Of a stretch of DNA of 32,000 nucleotides, positions 17,302 through 25,488 are shown one piece after another. The stretch is from Candidatus Saccharimonadota bacterium (lineage in GTDB: Archaea > Micrarchaeota > Micrarchaeia > Micrarchaeales > Micrarchaeaceae): NCBI GenBank assembly GCA_963705375.1, contig OY970071.1, forward strand, positions 690,001-722,000, in the 5' to 3' direction. Position 1 is the first letter of the stretch, and every line of letters begins with the position of its first letter. Made by a program: the position numbers and the translations under genes. The notes beneath the pieces were generated by a model. The model ran no database searches. It was not told where the DNA came from and was given only the letters and a program-made list of their open reading frames with translations.

Positions 17302-17688
17302 ATGACCTCAACCACAAGAAATCACGGAGACGCACAAAACAATAACACAAATATTAACGCTGCACAGAGAGGTTTGGTTCCTAGGACAGACACATCTGAA
17401 GCGGATAGAATAGAGAACACATCCACAGCGACGCTAATAGACGAGGGAGGTCGATGGTTTAGGAACCTTGATAACAACAGCGAGTTGTTGCTACTGAACT
17501 GTGATTCTTGGTGGCGCGTTTCTCCAGGCACAGTCTTGTTTCGTGAAAATGGGACGGGACAGGTAATTGCCGGTAGAGACTACATATCTTCGAATGTCAG
17601 AGGGGGCTGTTTGGAATATGGCATTCTAAGAGAGCATACAGAACAGCATCACGAAGAGATACGTGACAACTTGAAGCCAATCGCATAG
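17302..17688 (+). CDS. Hypothetical protein with an Asn/Thr-rich disordered N-terminus and a Trp/Cys-containing C-domain
   Basis: Track ORF 17272..17688 starts at TTG. ATG 17302 fits a TATA-like ATAATAAATATTT (17260-17272) about 30 nt upstream. No family recognised. Confidence 0.45.
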   Translation: MTSTTRNHGDAQNNNTNINAAQRGLVPRTDTSEADRIENTSTATLIDEGGRWFRNLDNNSELLLLNCDSWWRVSPGTVLFRENGTGQVIAGRDYISSNVRGGCLEYGILREHTEQHHEEIRDNLKPIA

Positions 17689-17796
17689 AGAGCATAACAT
17701 GAAGCTGCACTATTTTGCAGTTTGAATGCGAAGTAAAGAGAGATTTGGAAGGGGGTGCCTTTTGCTTTGTCCTGAATGCGAAAAGCATAAAGAAGA

Positions 17797-18159
17797 TTGC
17801 GCATAGAGATTTATCTGGGGGTCGTGGTGGATGCTACCAAAGGTAAAAAAGATGCAGAAAATGCACGCGTAGGCATTCGACTGCCTCCAGAATATTATGG
17901 CCCGGAAGGTATAGAACTCATAAAGGAATATTGGAACTATGAGGACGATCGTGCAAAGGTTCTGCATGACAAGATGGATGAGGTAATTAAGGGACTGAAA
18001 TCAATTGCGTCTGGCCCAGTAGGCTCAGGTAGAATCCCAGACATAGTGCAAGCCGAATTTTTGGACTCGCCTGAAGAAGTAAAGGTTTCACATGATGCAG
18101 GCGATTCCAAGGCACTGCAAGAACTTTTGAGGAGCCAATCAACAACAAATAAAACATGA
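17797..18159 (+). CDS. Hypothetical acidic protein (about 110-120 aa)
   Basis: Track start is TTG; GTG at 17824/17827 are alternatives. No motifs recognised. It ends 50 nt before the next gene's preferred ATG. Confidence 0.4.
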   Translation: MRIEIYLGVVVDATKGKKDAENARVGIRLPPEYYGPEGIELIKEYWNYEDDRAKVLHDKMDEVIKGLKSIASGPVGSGRIPDIVQAEFLDSPEEVKVSHDAGDSKALQELLRSQSTTNKT

Positions 18160-18211
18160 TAGTATATTGCGGTGTGTGAACTTTTTTATAGCCTGTTGCG
18201 CAATTAACCTT

Positions 18212-18763
18212 ATGCAACGCACCATACATGATAAAATGAAACTTGCAGCTTTGTTGCGCGACGTGCGCAAGTCAGTTTCTGAGATTCTTAACAGGCCGTT
18301 TACAGAGCACACAGACCATCAGGTATTCAAGCCTGATCAGAAAGTGCTAGCACTGTGGGCTGCAGACTGCGCAGAGCATGTACTTCCCTATTTTGAAGAC
18401 AAGTACCCAGAAGACAAAAGGCCTAGAAAGGCCATCGATGCATGCAGAAAGTGGGCAGCTACAGGAGTTTTTAATATGGCAGGCATACGCAAGGCTTCGC
18501 TTGACGCCCACGCTGCGGCACGTGGAAAGATGGAGTACGATGCTGTTGCTGCAGCCCATGCCGCAGGTCAGGCAGTGGCCACTGCACATGTTCCAACGCA
18601 TGCATTTGGAAGCGCAGTGTACGGCATCAGATCGGCAGCCGCACATTCAGGCAACGCAGACTACGGACTTGTAAAGGAGAGGGAATGGCAATTGCGTTGC
18701 CTGCTTAAATATACGAAAAGCCGTAAGGCGTATAGCAAGTACCACGTGACGCGTACACAATAA
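18212..18763 (+). CDS. Imm-5-like putative immunity protein (polymorphic-toxin immunity family)
   Basis: LALWAADCAEHVLPYFE..DKRPRKAIDACRKWAATG...SLDAHAAARG...AAAHAAGQAVATAHVPTHAFGSAVYGIRSAA matches my recollection of the Ala/His-rich helical Imm-5-like domain. Track start 18167 is TTG. ATG 18212 sits ~25 nt after TATA-like TTTTTATAG (18183-18191), which would give a leaderless transcript. Confidence 0.6.
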   Translation: MQRTIHDKMKLAALLRDVRKSVSEILNRPFTEHTDHQVFKPDQKVLALWAADCAEHVLPYFEDKYPEDKRPRKAIDACRKWAATGVFNMAGIRKASLDAHAAARGKMEYDAVAAAHAAGQAVATAHVPTHAFGSAVYGIRSAAAHSGNADYGLVKEREWQLRCLLKYTKSRKAYSKYHVTRTQ

Positions 18764-18795
18764 TGCAGCTCTACGCCAGGCTTAGCTGCACACCT

Positions 18796-18990
18796 TCATA
18801 TTTCTTGTAGTTTCTTTAGCCGCTCCGATTTCTCTTCTTCGCTTTCGTTACTAGCAGTACTTGGTTGACTCCTGAGAAATCTTTCAATATCACTCTCTCC
18901 AAAACCGTGTTTGGTCATTTTTTTGAGTTGGCTCGGTGATAGCTCATCTCCAAACTGCCCTTGTAGGTGTTTCATGTTGCCCTTGGCCAT
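18796..18990 (-). CDS. Hypothetical small protein (64 aa from MAKGNMKHLQ...)
   Basis: The internal ATG 18990 fits a minus-strand TATA (TATAAATATA, + coordinates ~19019-19028). It has a charged C-terminal helix, and the upstream 26 codons of track ORF 18796..19068 overlap that promoter. Confidence 0.4.
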   Translation of the reverse strand: MAKGNMKHLQGQFGDELSPSQLKKMTKHGFGESDIERFLRSQPSTASNESEEEKSERLKKLQEI

Positions 18991-19109
18991 AGAATCGAGA
19001 GCTGATATGACGCACGGTATATTTATACGTTTTGTACTGAAGGCAACGTTAGAAGACGGAAAGAACACAAGTATAAAAAAGACACACCCCCATGCTAATA
19101 TGTGGTAAA

Positions 19110-19817
19110 ATGCGCGAACAATGCACTAATGCGACAATTGCGATTCTAATGGCAGTGGTAGGTGCGGCATTGCTGTTCTGCCTCTTGGCTCAGCCGATTC
19201 ACCTTTTTGGAATGCACACTATTACGGTTACAGCAACAGGCTATGCAAAAGCAGTTCCTGCAGAGGTGCAGATTTACATGTACGCAAACGGCACGGGAGC
19301 CTCGGCTGGTAGCGCCGCCGCGAATCTTTCGTCGACATTGAGTTTGCTGAATGATACTTTGATGAGATACGTGAACGGAAATGAAAGCAACATAACAACT
19401 GATTCATACACGATTACTAAGGTAAATGAGACAAACATGCCTTACCTTGCAGTCGAGTACCTTCATGTAGTTGTGAACACCAAAAAAGCTGGAACGCTGC
19501 TAGGCACACTGTCGAACATGTCTAATGTCTATATAAACAACGAGTATGTTGAGCTGTCACCTGCACAGGGAGACCGCCTAAAGAGCACAGCACTTTCGGA
19601 AGCGATTGCAAACGCAACGTCGCAGGCCCGTGCAATCGTTGGTCCGAATGTTGTGATTACGCCTATCAACATAACGGTGAGCACGTATGGAGGGTATCCG
19701 ATATATTATTCTGAAGGTGCAGGCGGAGCCACAACTTTAGGAGTCAACCTTGAATTCTATCCGGGCACCACCGAAGTGACTGGAACAGTCACAGTAATAT
19801 TCTCTTACAACAAGTAA
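19110..19817 (+). CDS. SIMPL/DUF541-like membrane-anchored surface protein with dense N-glycosylation sequons
   Basis: N-terminal TM helix (IAILMAVVGAALLFCLLA). ITVTATGYAKAVPAEVQIYMYAN... and the later ...ALSEAIANATSQARAIVG... follow the SIMPL pattern. There are 10 N-x-S/T sequons. ATG 19110 is preferred over 19092 because of the TATA GTATAAAAAAG at 19072-19082. Confidence 0.7.
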   Translation: MREQCTNATIAILMAVVGAALLFCLLAQPIHLFGMHTITVTATGYAKAVPAEVQIYMYANGTGASAGSAAANLSSTLSLLNDTLMRYVNGNESNITTDSYTITKVNETNMPYLAVEYLHVVVNTKKAGTLLGTLSNMSNVYINNEYVELSPAQGDRLKSTALSEAIANATSQARAIVGPNVVITPINITVSTYGGYPIYYSEGAGGATTLGVNLEFYPGTTEVTGTVTVIFSYNK

Positions 19818-19820
19818 CAG

Positions 19821-22346
19821 CTAGGCCTCATTCTTTTTGATGAAGGAGATGTTGGCCTGTATTCGCTCTAGCGTCTGCGTTATAGCCCTCTTTACTTCGT
19901 CAGGAGCATTCGCCTTGACACCAAAGAACTTCTTCATGTCATAACAAATGCTGACGTCTTTGGCAGAGCTGAATAGTTCGATAAATCTGCGATGCATACC
20001 GACAGGATACTTTCTCAAAATAAACTTCCAATTCTGCTTTAACCAACTCCAGAGCAGGGAATGGGCTTCTGGATGGCTAGCTTCTGAAGAGAGCACGAAA
20101 AGAGAATCCTGCAGCCTTACCGATTTAGATATCGAAAATGACATAACATCGCGCGCATGCGCCTTGTCGCTGGCAGCACCTATTGCCATCAAGAATAGTT
20201 TCTTCGCTTCAGGGTCATCCGCTCTCAGATAGAGCTGTTTCATAGCACTGTAGGTTCTGTCTGGATCTGAACGGACTACATTGACATACACTGGAAGGCG
20301 CAGATCCGGATTTATCGCTCTCTTTTTGTCCAGGAAGGCCTTGAATAATGACTTGGATTTTTTGATAACTTCATCGTATCGAATTAGGCCCAATAGTGAG
20401 ATGGAAGAAGCGCGAAGCATGACTGTCAAAGGATTGTCATCCTCTTCGGAATCCCAAGTAAGCCTTCCCAACACAGCCTTGCCGTATGATGCTGCAGCAG
20501 CGTTTGCTTTAGCCTGCATATTTGTCCCTTCCAATATTGTGCAGAGCCAGATTAGATGCGACAGAACTCCAAAATTCAGTAGCTGCGAGTCAACCATACA
20601 GTATTTTGTTATAAAATCGAAGTACTCACTTACGTGCATCCTTGCAGAACGTGCAAAGAAGAACAAATCATTTTCAACACCCCAGGCATCTCGATCCTGA
20701 ATAATTCCTGTGCGGATTGCTTTTCCGAGCCCTTCCAGGATATCTTCAGGGTACGAAGCCCTGTAGAACCCTAATTGGGATTGGTTGAGCTTTACCCATT
20801 TGTTGCCGCCTATTTTTATGCGCAAGCGTTTTTTGAGCATCAGAATACTGCCTTTAGAACCGTCCTGCATTTTGTAGCTCAAGGGTATTGGCCATGCATC
20901 GCTTTTAAGCGCAGTTGATAGTGTGAGCCTGTTCTGGACAAGGTCGAGTGTACTCTTTGATTGCGACACTTCTACCACAGGATATCCAGGCATCTCTATC
21001 CAGTTCTTTGCGATACATTCAACATCACGTATGCCCCGTTTCCTTGCCTCGGCGCTGATCTCACCCCATAGCTCTGTTTTTGTGGCATTGGAATATGAAT
21101 TCTTGCTGAGGAAGTTGTGCAGCCCTTTCCGGAAAACTTCAAGACCAACATAGTTCTCCAACATGTAAAGTACAGAACCACCTTTCTCATAGCTGATGTT
21201 GTCAAAAATCTGCTCGATCTCGGCAGGATTCTTCACATTGACGCTTATCGGGTGTGTCGAAATGAGCTGGTCAGAATTCATAGCCACAGACACTGCTTCG
21301 AGAAGGTATTGATCATCCATCTTCCATTCAGGAAATACAGAATCAAGCGCCTTGCAGGCCATGAATGTTGCAAAGCTCTCGTTGAGCCAGAGGTCGTCCC
21401 ACCACTCCATTGTAACTAGGTCTCCGAACCACTGATGGGCCAGCTCATGCGCAATCACGCTCGCTATGCTCTGTTTCGCCTGCAGTGCACTTTTCTTCTC
21501 ATCACCTAACAACCGAACTTCGCGGAAGGTGATGGCACCCCAGTTCTCCATGGCACCAACGGCAAAATCCGGTACCGCTATAAGGTCGATTTTTGGCAGA
21601 GGATATCTTATCTTGAAATAATTCTGGAAGAACTCCACGAACTTCACGCCGAATCCGAGCGCCATCTCTGCCTGTTTGATGCGTCCTGGAACGGTGATCA
21701 CTCCGACTTCTATCTTCCCTAGGCGTTTGGTTATGCGCTCGAAATTTCCTACGCTAAAGTAAAGCAGATAACTGCTCATTTTCGGAGTTATGTCAAATTC
21801 GACAAGCTTCTTGCCGTTGTCGATATCGGACTCAATTTTTATAGGCATGTTGGAGATCGCACTCATGCTGCGATCAATCGCCATCGAAAGGGAGAATGTC
21901 GCCTTGAGTACAGGCTCGTCGAAACAGGGGAATGCAGACCTAGCGTCGTTGGGCTCAAACTGGGTAGTGAGCAGATACCTCTTCTTGCCCTTGTACTCAT
22001 AACTGCTCCTGTAAAAGCCATAAAGCTTGTCTTCGTTGCGCCCTGAGAAATTTATGTCGATCTTCACTTTGCCCTTCACTCGATGTAGGAGGTGCAATGT
22101 GATTTCCTCCTTGACCTTGTTGATAGACAGCCGAGCACCATACGTCCGTCCACCTGATGTCGCAGATGCAGAGAGTATCTCAAGATTTTTTGAATTCAGA
22201 GTTATCCGGTCTGTCGATTTCCTGACGAAGACATGAATAGTTTCCTGACCATAAAAAACAAAGGTGGAGAGATTCGGCTCTATCTTTATCACATAGTGTT
22301 CGGGTATGACTGCATCGCCTAAAGACCACGCGCCCTTTTGAATCAT
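19821..22346 (-). CDS. M1-family zinc aminopeptidase (aminopeptidase N / tricorn-interacting factor F2/F3-like)
   Basis: 841 aa with the exopeptidase motif GAMENWG, zinc motif HELAHQWFGD followed by WLNESFA, and a long helical C-terminal ERAP1-like domain. Confidence 0.93.
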   Translation of the reverse strand: MIQKGAWSLGDAVIPEHYVIKIEPNLSTFVFYGQETIHVFVRKSTDRITLNSKNLEILSASATSGGRTYGARLSINKVKEEITLHLLHRVKGKVKIDINFSGRNEDKLYGFYRSSYEYKGKKRYLLTTQFEPNDARSAFPCFDEPVLKATFSLSMAIDRSMSAISNMPIKIESDIDNGKKLVEFDITPKMSSYLLYFSVGNFERITKRLGKIEVGVITVPGRIKQAEMALGFGVKFVEFFQNYFKIRYPLPKIDLIAVPDFAVGAMENWGAITFREVRLLGDEKKSALQAKQSIASVIAHELAHQWFGDLVTMEWWDDLWLNESFATFMACKALDSVFPEWKMDDQYLLEAVSVAMNSDQLISTHPISVNVKNPAEIEQIFDNISYEKGGSVLYMLENYVGLEVFRKGLHNFLSKNSYSNATKTELWGEISAEARKRGIRDVECIAKNWIEMPGYPVVEVSQSKSTLDLVQNRLTLSTALKSDAWPIPLSYKMQDGSKGSILMLKKRLRIKIGGNKWVKLNQSQLGFYRASYPEDILEGLGKAIRTGIIQDRDAWGVENDLFFFARSARMHVSEYFDFITKYCMVDSQLLNFGVLSHLIWLCTILEGTNMQAKANAAAASYGKAVLGRLTWDSEEDDNPLTVMLRASSISLLGLIRYDEVIKKSKSLFKAFLDKKRAINPDLRLPVYVNVVRSDPDRTYSAMKQLYLRADDPEAKKLFLMAIGAASDKAHARDVMSFSISKSVRLQDSLFVLSSEASHPEAHSLLWSWLKQNWKFILRKYPVGMHRRFIELFSSAKDVSICYDMKKFFGVKANAPDEVKRAITQTLERIQANISFIKKNEA

Positions 22347-22399
22347 ACAATCACACTAGCAGGGAAAACTACTGCACAGTCTTTGAAACAGGCACTTCA

Positions 22400-22672
22400 T
22401 CAGTCGTGCTCAGAGAATGCCTTGTTCTGCACAGGATCATTATTGCGTACCCATTCCATGAGCATTGCTGCATGCTCTTTTTCTTCGTCTCTGTTGTGCT
22501 CAAGGATCTTTCTTAGAGATGCGTTCTTGGTCAGGTCTATCCGTTCCTGATACCAGTCTATGGCCTGCAGCTCTTCGACCATCGATTGCCTGGCCCTTTC
22601 TAGATCCTTAGTATCTTCACCGAGCTTATTCCAATCCTCATACTCTGTCATAAAATCAGGCATTAATGCCAA
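22400..22672 (-). CDS. Encapsulated-ferritin-like (EncFtn) ferritin-like protein
   Basis: 90 aa. EELQAIDWYQERI and HNRDEEKEHAAMLMEWV closely parallel the EncFtn core recalled from Rhodospirillum EncFtn (EELEAVDWYQQR, HNKNEEVEHAMM). Glu/His di-iron ligands are present. Confidence 0.8.
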   Translation of the reverse strand: MALMPDFMTEYEDWNKLGEDTKDLERARQSMVEELQAIDWYQERIDLTKNASLRKILEHNRDEEKEHAAMLMEWVRNNDPVQNKAFSEHD

Positions 22673-22707
22673 AGATAGCTTAATAAGCAGTTGGTAGCCG
22701 CACCAAC

Positions 22708-23020
22708 CTAATACTTTACGCTGTACGCCTGTGCATACGGAATGTCATTTATTCTCTTGACGTGCCCTTTTTCTATAATCGAGTTTTCTATTGCGGCACT
22801 AACAGCTTCTTTGCCTACGGCGTTGACTGAGTGTATTGTTTCTGCGTTTATGACGTCTTTGGCACTTCTTGACATCTACGAGGTCACCCTTGTAGAAACC
22901 GGAATAGTCCTTTATGTTTATTTCGATGTCGCCTTCAGTGAGCACTTTGTCTATCAGGTCGGCATCACACATGGCGAGAATCACGCCGTTGTCCGTAGGG
23001 TATTTTTTAATGTAGATCAT
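22708..23020 (-). pseudogene. DUF424-family archaeal protein, interrupted by a +1 frame break near 22857-22876
   Basis: The N-terminal part is ORF 22799..23020 (MIYIKKYPTDNGVILAMCDADLIDKVLTEGDIEINI..FYKGDLVDVKK). The conserved C-terminal part is in the +1 frame: AKDVINAETIHSVNAVGKEAVSAAIENSIIEKGHVKRINDIPYAQAYSVKY*, with TAG at 22708-22710. Span is 313 nt (3n+1). Confidence 0.7.
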
Positions 23021-24583
23021 TCAACCATATTTGTAGAGGAGCAATGTTGCGGCCAGATACATGACGCCATACCAGGCAAGCCACAGGCTGCCAGTAATGT
23101 TATTGAAATAGAATGCCACATAGCCGGCAGCAAACATCACGGATGCAAAACCTATCTCGGCAGACGTGTTGGACAAGGAGAGTGCCGCACTGTGCCTATC
23201 GCGCTCCCTGACGTTGCGCCATTGCATTGAAGGACTAACACCCAACATTGCCGCAATAGCTGCTTTAAACCGAACTATAGCAAGCGCAAAGTTTAGGACA
23301 AAAACCATCATACCCTTGCTTATTGATTTGAAATAGACTTTTGTCAGCAGCACTGGCACCATAAGGGACAAAAGAAACGTCGAGAAACCCAGCAGCTCCA
23401 CACCCTGGTACATGCTGTTCGCCTTTAGTATTTGTGGTATTGACATATGTGCGAACGCAAAATTGGAGAACACTATGAAAACAGAGGCAACGGTGGATAC
23501 CACCAGGATAACTGAAAGATAATTGAGGCCGAATCCGTGAGCCACATAGTCGACTTTCGAGATATGCGGACCCAGTTGTGACTTCTTGGAGAAGATTTTA
23601 TCAAGAAAATACCTCAGAAATTGTGTATCTCCATAATTGTAGCGCCATTGCTGCCTGGCGAGCGCAGTGAAGGTAGTTATCGGCGCACCGTAAGCATATA
23701 TTTTCGGTACGTACAAGCCCTTGTAATTGTTGACATCAGATTCGAAGCTGAAGAAGGTGTCTTCCACCACGTATTCAGGAAATCCGCCGATCTTATCCAG
23801 TGCTGATCGGCGTATCACACCACAAGATCCTGCAAAGATCGCCGTGTTGTTGAACGCCCTTGCAGGCTGTATGAAAGTGAAGAAGAAGTCGTCGAACAGT
23901 TTTATCGAATCTGAGAAGAACGTGCCGTTGAAGCTGCTTTTTCTGGTCTGAACATATGCAACTTGTTTGTCTGAAAAGTAGGGCATTATCTCCTTCAGGA
24001 AGCTCTTGTTTGTGAGATATTCGTCAGCGTCAAATATCGCGATGAATTCCTCGTTTGCGCGCTTAAGCATGTTGTTGAATGCGCCTGCCTTAAATCCAGA
24101 TCTGTCGTTACGATGCATGAACGCTATTCCGTTGCTGTTGCTGAAATTGCGCAGTTCCTCCACAATATGGGGTTTAGTGGAGTCATCGGCAATGTAGAAG
24201 CGTATCTTGTTTTTTGGATAATCTATGCTCTTCAAATGAAGAAGGTTCCTCTTGACCATTCCGACGTTCTCATTATAGACGGGGACAACGATAGCAACAG
24301 TAGGGAAGTCTTTCATGAGGGGAAGGCCTTCGCTTATACTTTTTATATAATCATTGTAGAAGTACGATCGATAGTACAGCATTGCGGAAGTGATGTTGAA
24401 GAATCCGCTGACTACCGCCAGAACCAAGAACATTGCGGCAAGCAACATCATGCTCAGGTCAGTGGATGTCAAAAGCATATACACTGCGAAGGCGGCACCG
24501 CTGACTGTAAGCACGGCAAAAAGAAGTACAGTAAATATCCTAAAGGAGAACTTCCCGGCAACTCCACTAGTCGTGTCAACCAT
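23021..24583 (-). CDS. Integral-membrane family-2 glycosyltransferase (processive beta-glycan synthase-like)
   Basis: 520 aa. Two N-terminal and ~5 C-terminal TM helices flank a GT-A domain: VPVYNE, YIADDS, IFDADEY, and a QxxRW-like ARQQWRYNYG. Confidence 0.88.
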   Translation of the reverse strand: MVDTTSGVAGKFSFRIFTVLLFAVLTVSGAAFAVYMLLTSTDLSMMLLAAMFLVLAVVSGFFNITSAMLYYRSYFYNDYIKSISEGLPLMKDFPTVAIVVPVYNENVGMVKRNLLHLKSIDYPKNKIRFYIADDSTKPHIVEELRNFSNSNGIAFMHRNDRSGFKAGAFNNMLKRANEEFIAIFDADEYLTNKSFLKEIMPYFSDKQVAYVQTRKSSFNGTFFSDSIKLFDDFFFTFIQPARAFNNTAIFAGSCGVIRRSALDKIGGFPEYVVEDTFFSFESDVNNYKGLYVPKIYAYGAPITTFTALARQQWRYNYGDTQFLRYFLDKIFSKKSQLGPHISKVDYVAHGFGLNYLSVILVVSTVASVFIVFSNFAFAHMSIPQILKANSMYQGVELLGFSTFLLSLMVPVLLTKVYFKSISKGMMVFVLNFALAIVRFKAAIAAMLGVSPSMQWRNVRERDRHSAALSLSNTSAEIGFASVMFAAGYVAFYFNNITGSLWLAWYGVMYLAATLLLYKYG

Positions 24584-24665
24584 TATATCTTACCCGCAAT
24601 GTGCACCGTTAAAGCTTAAGATATATTAATTACGAGCACTAAGGCTTTAAGCGATTTGCTTATTA

Positions 24666-24767
24666 GCCAGGGTGGCGGAATCCGGCAACGCGCCAGTAGC
24701 ATTATGGCGAAACTCGAGATCTGGTTGCCGCCTCGCGGCATTTTGGGTTCAAATCCCAACCCTGGCG
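24666..24767 (+). tRNA. tRNA-Ser (CGA), class II with a long variable arm; inferred 15-nt intron inside the 5' strand of the anticodon stem (~24697-24711)
   Basis: Acceptor GCCAGGG/CCCTGGC. D arm GCG-GAATCCGGCAA-CGC. Variable arm TGCCGC-CTC-GCGGCA. T arm TTGGG-TTCAAAT-CCCAA. Removing TAGCATTATGGCGAA restores CCAGA-CTCGAGA-TCTGG with U33 and anticodon CGA. Confidence 0.8.
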
Positions 24768-24802
24768 CATCCATCATAAATATATAGCCTAAAAACGCGA
24801 CC

Positions 24803-25201
24803 ATGACAGGCAGTACGTCGTTGTGTACAGGAAGAGTATTGGTAGAATTAAGTTGGGCCAACAAAAAAGTTATATATCTGAACCACACGACATCTGCATT
24901 GATATTTGTGCCCAGTATTGAAAAGAAGTCCAACACTAAAGCGCAAGAAACGCCAGTGGAAAAAGACCTGGATCCACTCTTGAGGAAAGTAATGGACACC
25001 CACGAGTACTTTGACATTCCTGAATCGGAACTCGCCATAGATTTTGGATTGGACGATAAGGTCTTGAGTGAAGAGCTCCAGGAACGTGCCAATGAAGAGA
25101 GAAGAGATGTTTTCCTCGTAGATCTGTTTACCAACTTGTTCGGATCAAGCAAAAATGGGAAAAAGGAGGATCAAGCCAAGCCAGGAATGTCATTAAAATA
25201 A
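24803..25201 (+). CDS. Hypothetical acidic protein (start uncertain; ATG 24992 possible)
   Basis: The + ORF has ordinary composition (…DIPESELAIDFGLDDKVLSEELQERANEERRD…). The competing - ORF 24616..25152 overlaps the tRNA and is Ser-rich. Confidence 0.3.
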   Translation: MTGSTSLCTGRVLVELSWANKKVIYLNHTTSALIFVPSIEKKSNTKAQETPVEKDLDPLLRKVMDTHEYFDIPESELAIDFGLDDKVLSEELQERANEERRDVFLVDLFTNLFGSSKNGKKEDQAKPGMSLK

Positions 25202-25262
25202 GGAATGGTCTGAAAATGCACCAATAGACATTGTAAGCATTGATGGCACTAGAAGTTGCAAA

Positions 25263-25484
25263 TCAAACAGTGATTTCGACCGCCTTCTCTCTGCCTTTGA
25301 GGCCGCGCACTATCAATACGTGCGATTTTGGGACGTTAAAATGGCTTGCCAGCATTTCTATGAGCCTAAAGTTGGCTTTGCCTTCAGAGGCACGGGCATT
25401 GACCTTGGCCTTGTAATTTGATTCATCCAATTTGATGAGCGCTGCCGTCTTCGCGTTCGGAGTCACAGTGACATTTATGCGCAT
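25263..25484 (-). CDS. DUF167 (YggU-like) small protein
   Basis: 73 aa. The pattern INVTVTPNAK....KV.A...EGKAN..LI..LA..F.VPKS.V.IV.G..GR.K is typical of DUF167. Confidence 0.8.
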   Translation of the reverse strand: MRINVTVTPNAKTAALIKLDESNYKAKVNARASEGKANFRLIEMLASHFNVPKSHVLIVRGLKGREKAVEITV

Positions 25485-25488
25485 GGTA

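Noticed and set aside
15241-17745. Shared TTTTGCAGTTT and GTAAAG words between 15241-15290 and 17705-17745, which could hint at a repeated element.
   Set aside because: It is only an 11-mer plus short words in AT-rich DNA. Dozens of such matches are expected by chance in 32 kb.
24616-25152. 178-aa minus-strand ORF.
   Set aside because: It overlaps the whole tRNA-Ser gene on the opposite strand and is Ser/Leu-rich, as antisense frames usually are.
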